In this document: positions 19,226 to 28,643 of the stretch, one piece after another
How positions within the stretch are numbered: position 1 is the stretch's first letter
Layout: each line of letters begins with the position of its first letter
Assembly: GCA_963527165.1 (NCBI GenBank)
Contig: CAURQO010000001.1
Span: 1-47,192 of the forward strand
DNA length: 47,192 bases
Reading direction: 5' to 3'
DNA from: an uncultured bacterium
GTDB taxonomy: Bacteria > Patescibacteriota > Saccharimonadia > Saccharimonadales > Saccharimonadaceae
Notes under the pieces: model-generated
Databases searched by the model: none
Seen by the model: the letters and a program-made list of their open reading frames with translations, nothing else
What the model was told of the DNA's origin: nothing
Made by a program: the position numbers and the translations under genes

Positions 19226-19559
19226 TGAATTACAACTAACAGATTTAGAACAACAAGTTTTAGAAGCTTTTTGTGAATTATATTGTGACTTTGTAATAAA
19301 CAAAGGTGATCCTGTTCCAAGGCGACACATAAAAGGTAGATGTAATCTTTCAAACTATAAAATATTGAAAGCCTTGAAAAGTCTTCGAGAAAAAGGCTTA
19401 ATCAAATTAGTTCGAGAATATTATGAGGGAGATTTAGAAGAAGAAGCCTTTATGATGATTGGTTATAGACCAACAGGCAAACTTGAGGCTACAGAATTTT
19501 ATAAGACAATTGATAAAAAAGTCGAAGAAGAGATTAGGGAACATTTCAAATTATATTAA
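19215..19559 (+). CDS. Putative winged-helix DNA-binding protein
   Basis: LTDLEQQVL...LSNYKILKALKSLREKGLIKL pattern. Confidence 0.55.
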   Translation: MSNNELQLTDLEQQVLEAFCELYCDFVINKGDPVPRRHIKGRCNLSNYKILKALKSLREKGLIKLVREYYEGDLEEEAFMMIGYRPTGKLEATEFYKTIDKKVEEEIREHFKLY

Positions 19560-19684
19560 CCTTAACAATTCGATTCCAGCCTTACGAGGGGCTAAACCCC
19601 GAATGTTCTAAAATGTTTTAAGGGGAGGATTAAAAATATTTAATCGTCCCTTGTAGGGCTGGAAACAGAAAGGATTTACAAAAT

Positions 19685-19912
19685 ATGAATAATGAAGATG
19701 AATCAACAAACATATCAACTAACGGCGGTATAGGCTTTTTAGGAGCATTAACAATTCTATTTATTGCTTTAAAATTAACTCATGTTATTGATTGGAGCTG
19801 GTGGTGGGTTCTAGCACCATTATGGATACCAGTTGCAGTAGTTCTCGGAATTATTGCGATTGTAGCTATTGTGGCGTTGTTTGTAAAATTTATAGTAAAC
19901 GAATTGAGGTAG
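19685..19912 (+). CDS. Small two-TM phage membrane protein
   Basis: GIGFLGALTILFIALKL...IDWSWWWVLAPLW. Confidence 0.75.
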   Translation: MNNEDESTNISTNGGIGFLGALTILFIALKLTHVIDWSWWWVLAPLWIPVAVVLGIIAIVAIVALFVKFIVNELR

Positions 19913-19914
19913 AT

Positions 19915-20190
19915 ATGAAAAATACAGAATGGAATAAGCTTACCACGAGGCCTCTTAATAATGAAGAAAAAGAGTGTTACGGAAATAGATTTGATTTTAT
20001 GTGGGAAGGTAATCAACCTGAAATAGGTGAAGAAGTTCTTGTTTATACACTTCGAAGCAAAGAAGTATATACAGATATTTGGACTGATGATTTTAATTTT
20101 GGCCTAGGTTTTGAAAACACAGAGGAAAAAGTTATTTATTGGATGAGCTTCCCAGAACCGCCTAAAATTAAGGAGAAAAAAGATGAATAA
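19915..20190 (+). CDS. DUF551-like phage protein
   Basis: PEIGEEVLV...VIYWMSFPEPPK. GAGG RBS before ATG 19915. Confidence 0.65.
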   Translation: MKNTEWNKLTTRPLNNEEKECYGNRFDFMWEGNQPEIGEEVLVYTLRSKEVYTDIWTDDFNFGLGFENTEEKVIYWMSFPEPPKIKEKKDE

Positions 20191-20440
20191 GCAAGAACCA
20201 ACTAACAAGGAACTTTTAGAAATAGTGGCAATCCTTGCAGAGCTATCGCTACAAATCGTGACTGAAAATCGCACATATTGGAACAATTTTAAGAACCCTC
20301 CAGAAACAAGAGCAGAAATGTGGGAGCAAGCGGATAAGCTCGAGGAGATAAGTAATAGAGTTAATTTCCTTTGTGAGAAATCACAAGACCTCGTATTGGA
20401 ACATAAGGATTTATTGAATTTAGACATATTAGGAGAATAA
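20183..20440 (+). CDS. Hypothetical phage protein
   Basis: AAGGAG RBS. Confidence 0.65.
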   Translation: MNKQEPTNKELLEIVAILAELSLQIVTENRTYWNNFKNPPETRAEMWEQADKLEEISNRVNFLCEKSQDLVLEHKDLLNLDILGE

Positions 20441-20443
20441 AAT

Positions 20444-20695
20444 ATGAACAAAGCGTCTAAATGGAACTTCAAGGAACAAAAATACGAAGATTATGAATTA
20501 CCAGAGAATTGCCCTTTAGTCTGCTACGATATGGAGAAAATAATAAATTGTGCAGATTGCAAGAAAGAATTTCAATATAGAAAAGGTTATTCTAGTAAAG
20601 CAATTCATAATGAATACGGCTTCGGTTATCCAGTATGCGAGGAATGCTATAAAAAGGAATTAGAAAATGAGAGGAAGTATAAAGAATATGTTTAA
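20444..20695 (+). CDS. Small Cys-rich (zinc-finger-like) protein
   Basis: CADC...CEEC, AGGAG RBS. Confidence 0.65.
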   Translation: MNKASKWNFKEQKYEDYELPENCPLVCYDMEKIINCADCKKEFQYRKGYSSKAIHNEYGFGYPVCEECYKKELENERKYKEYV

Positions 20696-20924
20696 AGATA
20701 TAGATTGGTCAAAAGTATTTTTATCCTTAATGATTATGCTTTTAATAGGTTGGTTTATTTTTCTAATTATATGGGGTATCCAAAATGAACCGCCACAACA
20801 CAGTGCCGACACACTTCGAAAAATCAAAATCTGCCAAACCTACTCAAACGATTTTTGGCGGAACGATATAGATTTTATCGATGGTAAATGTTATTATAAA
20901 GGTAAAGAAGTAGAGATAAAATAA
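20688..20924 (+). CDS. Small single-TM protein
   Basis: N-terminal TM helix and two Cys. Confidence 0.6.
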   Translation: MFKDIDWSKVFLSLMIMLLIGWFIFLIIWGIQNEPPQHSADTLRKIKICQTYSNDFWRNDIDFIDGKCYYKGKEVEIK

Positions 20925-20933
20925 GGAGAGATA

Positions 20934-21287
20934 ATGAATTTTAACGAATACCAAAATCAAGCAATTCAAACAGATGTTGCACATAACGCCACTACAAAAT
21001 CTGCTCGCTATAACGGATATATGGAAAAAGCCTTAGGTTTGGCTGGTGAAACTGGTGAAGTTTTAGAGATAATCAAGAAAATGATTCGGGATAAAGATGG
21101 AGTTTTCGAAACTGCGCCAGAAGATCGCGAAAAACTTAAAAAAGAACTCGGTGATGTCTTATGGTATCTTTCCGCTCTGGCCTTTTATAATGATATTAAA
21201 CTTGAAGATATTGCAAAAACTAATATTGAAAAATTAGCTAGCCGACAACGGCGAGATAAGATTCGTGGTAGCGGAGATAATAGGTAA
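20934..21287 (+). CDS. MazG-like nucleotide pyrophosphohydrolase
   Basis: LGLAGETGEV, ELGDVLWY, NIEKL..R. Confidence 0.88.
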   Translation: MNFNEYQNQAIQTDVAHNATTKSARYNGYMEKALGLAGETGEVLEIIKKMIRDKDGVFETAPEDREKLKKELGDVLWYLSALAFYNDIKLEDIAKTNIEKLASRQRRDKIRGSGDNR

Positions 21288-21372
21288 TCTGTAAGAAAGA
21301 CAATTACTGAATAACTGGGTTCTTTTATTTCGCACTTTCTGGTATAATAAAAGAAAAAAAGAGGTGGCCGCT

Positions 21373-21600
21373 ATGAAAATAGGACTATTGATGCGTTATG
21401 ATAAAGTCTACGGATTTTTTCATGAAGACGATAAAACTAAGCCAGTTGTGCTGATTTATTCAGGAGATCGGACAGCAGAGTTTAGTTATTTCAGTTATTT
21501 AGTTGATGGAATGAAGGGAGTAGAACAACACTACAAGTTCCTTCCAAATAATATTCAGCTAAGCCCTTTCAAAGACGGCTGGATCAAAGCCGTAGAATAA
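21373..21600 (+). CDS. Hypothetical protein with own promoter and terminator (moron-like)
   Basis: TGGTATAAT upstream, GAGGTG RBS, hairpin at 21600-21622. Confidence 0.6.
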   Translation: MKIGLLMRYDKVYGFFHEDDKTKPVVLIYSGDRTAEFSYFSYLVDGMKGVEQHYKFLPNNIQLSPFKDGWIKAVE

Positions 21601-21720
21601 ATCACTCATTATGAGTGGTTTTCTATTGTGCTTTTGTTAAAAATATGATATAATAAAAGTATTAGGGCATCGTTATCAGCATTTTTAGATAACGGTGCTT
21701 TTTCTTTTGGCACGGAAAGG

Positions 21721-22128
21721 TTGAAGGTGGCTAATCCTAATTTTAGCTCAAAAATACTAATTCGTAAATTAGAAGATGACTCAATAGTTGTTTTTTACGA
21801 TAAGCATTCAATTTATGTTAAAAGTAGGATGGGTATTATAGTATTCCATCGCTGGTTTGCTCCAAAAGGCTATTACACTAAAAACTTCAAACCATTTTCT
21901 GAAATAGCTAAGCGTAAGAAGCACTTAACAGTTAAACGTTTACTAGATGCTGGGTTAAAATATGGCGTAAGCTACGCTATGGGAACTAAAATACCACAAC
22001 CAAAATCTGATAATCAAGAAATAAATTTTATTTCAGAGAAAGGAACTTGGACAAGAAGACTTACGACTGATTATTATTCAGAAAAGGAAAAACAAGATAT
22101 GCTTAGAAAGATTGGTTATGGCGACTAA
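21721..22128 (+). CDS. Hypothetical basic protein preceding terS
   Basis: 135-aa ORF overlapping the terS start. Confidence 0.6.
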   Translation: MKVANPNFSSKILIRKLEDDSIVVFYDKHSIYVKSRMGIIVFHRWFAPKGYYTKNFKPFSEIAKRKKHLTVKRLLDAGLKYGVSYAMGTKIPQPKSDNQEINFISEKGTWTRRLTTDYYSEKEKQDMLRKIGYGD

Positions 22129-22543
22129 AAAAGTAAAAAAAGGTAAAGAGCGGATTTTTTCACCAAAGCAGATTAAATTTGGTATGTATTATTACTTGCC
22201 TGATTCTCCAACTTTTGGGAATGCGTTACAAAGTGCGATTCGTGCTGGTTTCTCTGAAAAATACGCAAAGAATATTACAGTTAAGAATTTGGAATGGCTA
22301 GAAGATATTGTGGTGGAAATTGGTGGAAAAGGCGTTTCGAAAGATAAGCTCGTTCGTAAAGCTAAAAGAGTGTTAGATAAGAGCTTGGATAGTGAAGATG
22401 AGAAGATAGCACAAGATACGGCTAAATTTATTGCGAAGACTACAACGGAGTTCAGCGAAAAGCAAGATATAGTATCGAATGGCGAAACGCTAACTGTCGC
22501 GACATTGGAGTTTGTAAATGGAGATAATCCGAAAGAAAGTTAA
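22118..22543 (+). CDS. Terminase small subunit
   Basis: SPKQIKF...GNALQSAIRAGFSEKYA motif, directly before terL. Confidence 0.85.
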   Translation: MATKKVKKGKERIFSPKQIKFGMYYYLPDSPTFGNALQSAIRAGFSEKYAKNITVKNLEWLEDIVVEIGGKGVSKDKLVRKAKRVLDKSLDSEDEKIAQDTAKFIAKTTTEFSEKQDIVSNGETLTVATLEFVNGDNPKES

Positions 22544-23783
22544 AGTTCCGATTGAATTTAAGCCACTTTTTGAAGAAAATAAATGGCGAAACCTTGTTTT
22601 CTATGGTGGTCGTTCAAGCGGAAAAAGCCACGATGTTGCACTTTCTCAAGTTTTAAGAGCAAGAGAAAAGAGATTGAAATTCTTAAATTGCCGAGAATTT
22701 CAAAACTCGATTAAAGACTCAACGCACGCTTTAGTTAAAGCGATTATTTTTGAATATGGCTTTGAAACTGAATTTATAATTACTAATGATTCTATAAAAC
22801 ATAAAAGAACTGAAAGCGAATGGATTTTTAAAGGCTTGCACGACAATGTCGAGAGCTTGAAATCTATACCAAATATTGATGAGGCTTGGGTTGAAGAAGC
22901 TAGCACGGTTACGAAACGCTCTATTACGCTGCTTAAAAACACTGTGCGTAAAGATAATTCGAGGCTTATTTTCACCTTTAACCGAGATACAGAACGTGAC
23001 CCTGTTTATGTTGAGTATGTGATGAAAAGGCCAGATAATACTTATGCAATTAAGGTAAATTATGATGTGTTGGAAAAGAACGGGCTTTTTCCAGAAGTGA
23101 TGCGAATTGAAATGGAAAATGACAAGAAAAATAACCCGCAAGAGTTCGCTCACACTTGGTTGGGTGAGCCACTTTCACAGATTGAAAACGCTATTTTGAG
23201 CCGTGATAGAGTGTTAAACGCTATGGATCGAGAGATAGAAGATGACGGCGAAATTCAAATAGGTGTTGATGTGGCACGACTTGGTGACGACCGCTCTGTG
23301 TTATGGAAACGTAAAGGCCTAAAGACAATTGACTTTAAGGTTTATGAAAAACTCAGAACTAATGAGCTTGTAGAGAAGATAGAACAGTTCGCGCAATTAG
23401 ATAAGGAAGTATTAATTAAAATTGATGATACGGGAGTCGGCGGTGGTGTAACCGATCAGTTGCTAGCTAAAAATTACAATGTTCAAGGTATTAACTTTGC
23501 GCAGAAAGCGGTTAATGATGACAAATATCCGAACTGGATTAGCGAGGCGTGGTTTCATTTGCAAAGCGTGATTGATGAAATACAATTACCAAATAATACA
23601 GATTTGTTGCAAGAATTAACGACTAGAACTTGGAGTATGGATAAAAAAGGCAAGCGAGCAGTGGAAAGCAAGGGAGATTACAAGAAGCGGGGAAATAGAA
23701 GTCCTGACTTGGCTGATGCGTGCATTTTATGTTATTATACGCCGCCAAAACCTAAGCCTATTGTTTATGCTGGCGTGAGATAG
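22518..23783 (+). CDS. Terminase large subunit (PBSX-like)
   Basis: YGGRSSGKS Walker A, CREFQNSI, WVEEA Walker B, GVDVA, SPDLADA. Confidence 0.95.
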   Translation: MEIIRKKVKVPIEFKPLFEENKWRNLVFYGGRSSGKSHDVALSQVLRAREKRLKFLNCREFQNSIKDSTHALVKAIIFEYGFETEFIITNDSIKHKRTESEWIFKGLHDNVESLKSIPNIDEAWVEEASTVTKRSITLLKNTVRKDNSRLIFTFNRDTERDPVYVEYVMKRPDNTYAIKVNYDVLEKNGLFPEVMRIEMENDKKNNPQEFAHTWLGEPLSQIENAILSRDRVLNAMDREIEDDGEIQIGVDVARLGDDRSVLWKRKGLKTIDFKVYEKLRTNELVEKIEQFAQLDKEVLIKIDDTGVGGGVTDQLLAKNYNVQGINFAQKAVNDDKYPNWISEAWFHLQSVIDEIQLPNNTDLLQELTTRTWSMDKKGKRAVESKGDYKKRGNRSPDLADACILCYYTPPKPKPIVYAGVR

Positions 23784-23793
23784 TGTAGCATTA

Positions 23794-23815
23794 CTCGACT
23801 ATTTGAATTTATAGT
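23794..23815 (+). promoter_or_regulatory. Late-promoter motif copy 1
   Basis: CTCGACTATTT-N5-TATAGT before the portal gene. Confidence 0.7.
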
Positions 23816-23821
23816 TTAAAT

Positions 23822-26365
23822 ATGTTTAGAGATTTTTTTAGCCGTTTGGTCGGCGGTAATATGAAAAAGAAGAGCGCCTCGCACTACGCTTTTAATCGGC
23901 CAAAATCAATGTTAGGTGCGCATACATTTTATAAAGGGCTATCATACGATAACTCATATCCGTCTATTTCACGAATTGTAAATGAATTTATGACAATTAG
24001 GCCGTATGCAATAGACAATAACGGTAAAACTATTCAAGATTCGGTGGTGATGAATAAAATATATCACCCGAATCAACAGATGAGTGGTGCGACTTTTCGT
24101 GAGGCTTTAGCACTCCTAAGCTTGGTTTTTCCTAAGGTTTATGTTTTGGTTTGGAGCTATGGTGAACAGGGCGCTCCGATAACTGGACAAAAAATTACTC
24201 CTGAAAATATAGCAGGGTTTACTATTCTTGAGGGAGTTTCTGAATATTATGTTGGTGAAGAGAAACGCTATCGAGTTGGTTCTAATGAGTATTTTGATTA
24301 TGAAATTATTGAACTTCGAAGTGGGGTTAATCCATATGATTTGAGCGGAGGTTATAGCCCGACTGATGCCGCTCGAAAATGGGCGTCTATTGACGATTAC
24401 ATTGCAAGCTATCAAGCTGGTTATTTTGAAAATGGTGCTGTGCCAGCTGGACAGTTTATTATTACTGCTGGAAGTGTTGAAGAATATAATAATATCGTTG
24501 ATAATCTACAAGCACGACATCGTGGCAGTGGCAGTAATAATAATGTGGTTTATGTTCATCGCCCAATCGAAAGTGTAACAGGTAAGCCAGTTAATGCTCA
24601 GATTGAGTGGGTGCCATTTGCTGAGAGTAATAAGAATCTTGATTTGAAAAGCTTATTTGACCAAGCTAATAAGAAAATTGACAGTATTTATGGCGTTCCT
24701 GCAAGCGTTCGAGGTGTGAATGATAACAACACTTATGCCAGTGTGCGAATAGATGAACAGATTTTTATTAAATATACGATCAGGCCTTTTGCGACACGGA
24801 TTTGGAGTGAATTTACGCATCAATTAAACCGAATTACAGGTGGATTGGGCTTTGCGATAACTTTTGACCTTGATATTCCTGGTGTTGCTGAAGAAGAGAA
24901 GATTGAAGCTGAGCGTAAAACGGCTGAATTAGCTTTGATTAAGACTGGCTTAGAAATGGGCTATTCATTAGATAGCATAGTTGATGCATTTGAGCTCTCG
25001 AATGGCTATAAAACGCTTAAAATGGGTGAAACTCCACCAAAAATTGAGAATGACAAGCCTGAAGTTGATGACGGTGGCGAAGTTGAGGAATCGCCAGAAG
25101 ATTTAAACGTAAAAAGTGTGCATATCTGCAATGATTGCGGAGATCATCACTGTTTAAAAGCTGATACGAAAACAAAAAACGAAAAACAAAAAGATAAAGA
25201 CCAAAACGCACTAGAAACTGTTTTTCGTGACATGACTAATGAGCAGATTGAGCGAGCTATTGATAGTGATTTTGAAGATTTTGACCTTGGCGATAAAGAC
25301 CGTGAGAAGTTTAAGCAAAGAATAAAGGTGATATTGCTGAGCGTGCTGGTAACTCGTGGTGTAGTGGCTTGGAGTGATTTTGCCTCGATATTAAAACAAA
25401 ACAACATATCGACTGATGATCTGACTGAATTTAAGCTTTCTGACAAGCTGAAAAAACATTATGACAAAATGATAACTGATTTTACTAAGAGTTTTAGTGA
25501 AGATACGGCGAGATCAATTACTAACAGAGTTGCTCAAGCAGAAATAGAAGACTGGAATAAAGAAGAGCTAGCTCGTAGCTTGCGAGATATAACAAAAACC
25601 GAAGAATGGCGAATTCAGCGAATAGCTCGCACTGAAACACACCGAGCACACGGCTTGGCTGGTGTGGAGGCTGGCGTGCAAATCCAAAATGAATCTGGCG
25701 TGCAGATTTATAAAGAGTGGGTGGTAGTGAGCGCTAATCCATGTAAATATTGTCGTGGAATGGACGGCCGGCGAGTTAATGTAACTGAAAGCTATGTTAA
25801 AAAAGGTGGAATTCTAATTGGTAAATCGAAAATCCGTGTCAATGATTACGCCGATATTGACACAGCGGGAGCGCACCCTAACTGTTCTTGTGTGGAGAAG
25901 TTTGGGATTGAAGAAAATAATAATGAACCTTGGCGGAGTGTTGAGATTGAAGAATTACCAGCCGAGAAATTTAATGAGGTTTATGGTAAAGGCTGGAAAG
26001 ATTTTAGTTTTGATAGAAATGAACCCCTGAATAAACGAGAAAAAGAGGTTGCTAAAATTCTATCACATAGCCTTGATGCAAAAGTATATTCTTTACGACG
26101 CGTCGAGAAGCCTAATGGGGTGAAGACACCAGACCTAATGATTAATGGAATAAAAGCTGATATTAAGAGCGTGAGTTCCTTGCGAGCTATCGAGAAAGCC
26201 AGTTCTAAGGTAGCTAAACAAACTGGAGAAGGTGGTATTGCTGTCTTTGATTTGAAAGAGCTATTCGAGACAGAGGAAAAGATTATTAAAAAAGCCCAAT
26301 TCGAAACCTCGATAAGAAATCTTGAATTTTACGTAATACTTGGTGATAAAATTATTAAGAAATAA
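23822..26365 (+). CDS. Portal + MuF head-morphogenesis + C-terminal PD-(D/E)xK nuclease (CdiA-CT-like) fusion
   Basis: HK97-type portal motifs (FENGAVP, YGVP, P....I...F), MuF motifs (RIARTE, KEW, CKYC, HPNCSC), then KTPDLMINGIKADIK...KQ...AVFD. Confidence 0.85.
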   Translation: MFRDFFSRLVGGNMKKKSASHYAFNRPKSMLGAHTFYKGLSYDNSYPSISRIVNEFMTIRPYAIDNNGKTIQDSVVMNKIYHPNQQMSGATFREALALLSLVFPKVYVLVWSYGEQGAPITGQKITPENIAGFTILEGVSEYYVGEEKRYRVGSNEYFDYEIIELRSGVNPYDLSGGYSPTDAARKWASIDDYIASYQAGYFENGAVPAGQFIITAGSVEEYNNIVDNLQARHRGSGSNNNVVYVHRPIESVTGKPVNAQIEWVPFAESNKNLDLKSLFDQANKKIDSIYGVPASVRGVNDNNTYASVRIDEQIFIKYTIRPFATRIWSEFTHQLNRITGGLGFAITFDLDIPGVAEEEKIEAERKTAELALIKTGLEMGYSLDSIVDAFELSNGYKTLKMGETPPKIENDKPEVDDGGEVEESPEDLNVKSVHICNDCGDHHCLKADTKTKNEKQKDKDQNALETVFRDMTNEQIERAIDSDFEDFDLGDKDREKFKQRIKVILLSVLVTRGVVAWSDFASILKQNNISTDDLTEFKLSDKLKKHYDKMITDFTKSFSEDTARSITNRVAQAEIEDWNKEELARSLRDITKTEEWRIQRIARTETHRAHGLAGVEAGVQIQNESGVQIYKEWVVVSANPCKYCRGMDGRRVNVTESYVKKGGILIGKSKIRVNDYADIDTAGAHPNCSCVEKFGIEENNNEPWRSVEIEELPAEKFNEVYGKGWKDFSFDRNEPLNKREKEVAKILSHSLDAKVYSLRRVEKPNGVKTPDLMINGIKADIKSVSSLRAIEKASSKVAKQTGEGGIAVFDLKELFETEEKIIKKAQFETSIRNLEFYVILGDKIIKK

Positions 26366-26451
26366 TAAAAGAGGCATCGCCCTAGTGCTATCCAGCACAA
26401 GAGTATGCCTCTTAATATTTTCATTATACCGCATTTTGACTAAAAAGTCAA
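26360..26451 (-). ncRNA. Candidate small hairpin RNA with own promoter, convergent on the toxin gene
   Basis: Minus-strand TTGACT (26451-26446)-N17-TATAAT (26428-26423), hairpin at 26369-26413, then a T-run. No ORF is served. Confidence 0.6.
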
Positions 26452-26474
26452 TATTATCTAATTATTTTGTATAG

Positions 26475-26496
26475 CTCGACTATTTGCTAGTAATAT
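26475..26496 (+). promoter_or_regulatory. Late-promoter motif copy 2
   Basis: CTCGACTATTT-N5-TAATAT before the protease/capsid gene. Confidence 0.7.
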
Positions 26497-26527
26497 TAAT
26501 TTGTAATAGTAAATTTAAAGAGGAAAT

Positions 26528-28231
26528 ATGGCAGAAAAAGTTAAGAAAACAGCGCTGGAGCTGAAAACTGAAATTTCGAAGTCCGTGGGAGAAAATGAGG
26601 AGCGAAAAATTAGGTTTGTGGCATCGAGTGTGAACGAAGACCGCCATTATGAGAAAGTGGACGTTGCGAGCCTTCGCCTACCTTTAAAGCAAGGTGGTGA
26701 GATCCGAGCTGGAGCGATTCCGACAGAAGGAGTGAATGATTTAGTGGATATTCCACTGATTCTAAACCATTCCGGTGATGTTCGGGACACAATTGGTTCA
26801 GTACGTAGTGCTTTCTATGAAAATGGTGAGCTGATTTTTGAAGCAGGTATCTCAAAACGAGAAATAGCACAAGAAATGCTGCTACTTCTTGAAGAAGGAC
26901 ATCTCTCAAATGCGTTCTCGATTACAATGTCAGATTTTGACTATAATTTTGAAAGCGAAACGATTAGTAACGCTGAGATTATTGAGGTGAGCTTGGTTTT
27001 CCGCGGAGCTAACAGAGAAGCGAGGCTTTTGGCCGTAAAATCTCTGAAAGGTGATGAAATGAGCCAAGAAAAAGAAACTCCAGAAGTTTTGAAAAAAGAG
27101 GCTACGACTACAGTTTATCCTGAGGTTGTAGCAGACGATGAACCTGAGGTTGAGCAGGCTGAAAATTCAACCGAAAATAATAATCATAACGAAGAGAAAG
27201 AGGAAGAAATGGATAAAGAAATTGCAAAAGATGCTATTTCAAAAGCAGCACCAAGTCAAGCTGTGAAGTCTTCAAGTAATTACCTTGAAACTCGTGAGGC
27301 GATGAGTGACTATGCGAAAATTCTTGAGAAATTCGCTGGTGCAGGCACTAACGAAGTGAAGAAGGCTTGGGCTGATCATGTAGCACAAAAAGGTATTAGT
27401 AATGTTGAGGCTCTACTGCCAGGAGCAATGGTTTCAGCAATTAGTGATGGAATTGAGAAATCTGGAACTATCTGGAATGTTCTTAATAAAACTGGTCTAA
27501 CAGTTCGTCGAATCGATGCTGAAACAGCTGGTAATCGAGCACAGGGACATAAACGTGGCACAACTAAAAAAGAAACAACATTAACATTTACTGATCGTGT
27601 GATTCGTGCTGGTTTCATCTATGATTATCTAAAATTGAACAAAGAAGATATTGTAGAAAACCGTGATACTGGCGCTTTGGTGAAATTCGTGCTTGAAACT
27701 TTGCCAAAACGAATTATTGCTGAAATTGAACGAGCAGTAGTGATTGGCGATGGTCGAAGTGGTGAAGATGACAAAATTAATAGCTTTGTTTCAATCCTAG
27801 AAGATGCTAAAAATAGTGTTTTTGCTACTGAATATACTCCAACAACAGGCGAGCCACTTTATAAATCAATCGTTAAAGCGGCTGCAAATATCGTGGCAGA
27901 AGGTGATGTATACCTTGTAATGAGTAAATCTGCAAAGGCTGATCTAAAACTTTCTGAAACTAAGAGTGGTGCATTGGTGTTCCCACTTGGTGGTGATATT
28001 GCTGGAACTTTGGAAGTTAAAGAAATCTTTACTCCAAGCTGGTTCGCACCAGAAGGTGTTCAGGCTGTAATGTTTGTGGGTGATGCTTATGAAACAGTTG
28101 GTGATAATTCAATTGAAGCTTACACAAACTTCTCACTAAGCCAGAATAAACAAGAGTATCTACAAGAAATTTACGCTGGTGGTGCTTTGACTAAAGTTAA
28201 ATCTGGTGTAGTTATCAAAAATGCGGCTTAA
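26528..28231 (+). CDS. Prohead protease-major capsid protein fusion
   Basis: HK97-type protease motifs (ILNH, AFSI, EVSLV...AN), acidic linker, capsid-like C-terminal half (ERAVVIGDG). Confidence 0.85.
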   Translation: MAEKVKKTALELKTEISKSVGENEERKIRFVASSVNEDRHYEKVDVASLRLPLKQGGEIRAGAIPTEGVNDLVDIPLILNHSGDVRDTIGSVRSAFYENGELIFEAGISKREIAQEMLLLLEEGHLSNAFSITMSDFDYNFESETISNAEIIEVSLVFRGANREARLLAVKSLKGDEMSQEKETPEVLKKEATTTVYPEVVADDEPEVEQAENSTENNNHNEEKEEEMDKEIAKDAISKAAPSQAVKSSSNYLETREAMSDYAKILEKFAGAGTNEVKKAWADHVAQKGISNVEALLPGAMVSAISDGIEKSGTIWNVLNKTGLTVRRIDAETAGNRAQGHKRGTTKKETTLTFTDRVIRAGFIYDYLKLNKEDIVENRDTGALVKFVLETLPKRIIAEIERAVVIGDGRSGEDDKINSFVSILEDAKNSVFATEYTPTTGEPLYKSIVKAAANIVAEGDVYLVMSKSAKADLKLSETKSGALVFPLGGDIAGTLEVKEIFTPSWFAPEGVQAVMFVGDAYETVGDNSIEAYTNFSLSQNKQEYLQEIYAGGALTKVKSGVVIKNAA

Positions 28232-28250
28232 TTGAAAGGAGAGGGCTAAG

Positions 28251-28643
28251 ATGAAACAACCGATTTCAAAAGATGAGATTGTGGCGTTAATCGGACGCCC
28301 TCTCTCTTCTTATGAAGAACAGAACTTTACAATTTTGAATGAGCTAACTTCGGAACGCTTGAATAGACTGTTGAATGGTGGGTTTGATTCTGCGACTGAT
28401 TGGACATCGGGGCTGAAGGTATTGTATGCGCGATTGTTTAATATCAGTGAGTTGGAACGAAACCACGATGCGGGTATTTCAAGAAAAGCCGTGGACGGTT
28501 ATAGTGTGGATTTTAAAGAAAATACCAATTATTACGCTCAATTCTGCGAAGAGAATGTAGATTTGATTGCAAAGTATAGAATTTCTAACGGTGGAATTCG
28601 GCACGGAAAGACTATTTATGAGGATATTCGACACTTTTTCTGA
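28251..28643 (+). CDS. Putative head-tail connector
   Basis: Position after the capsid gene, VDGYSVDF motif. Confidence 0.65.
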   Translation: MKQPISKDEIVALIGRPLSSYEEQNFTILNELTSERLNRLLNGGFDSATDWTSGLKVLYARLFNISELERNHDAGISRKAVDGYSVDFKENTNYYAQFCEENVDLIAKYRISNGGIRHGKTIYEDIRHFF

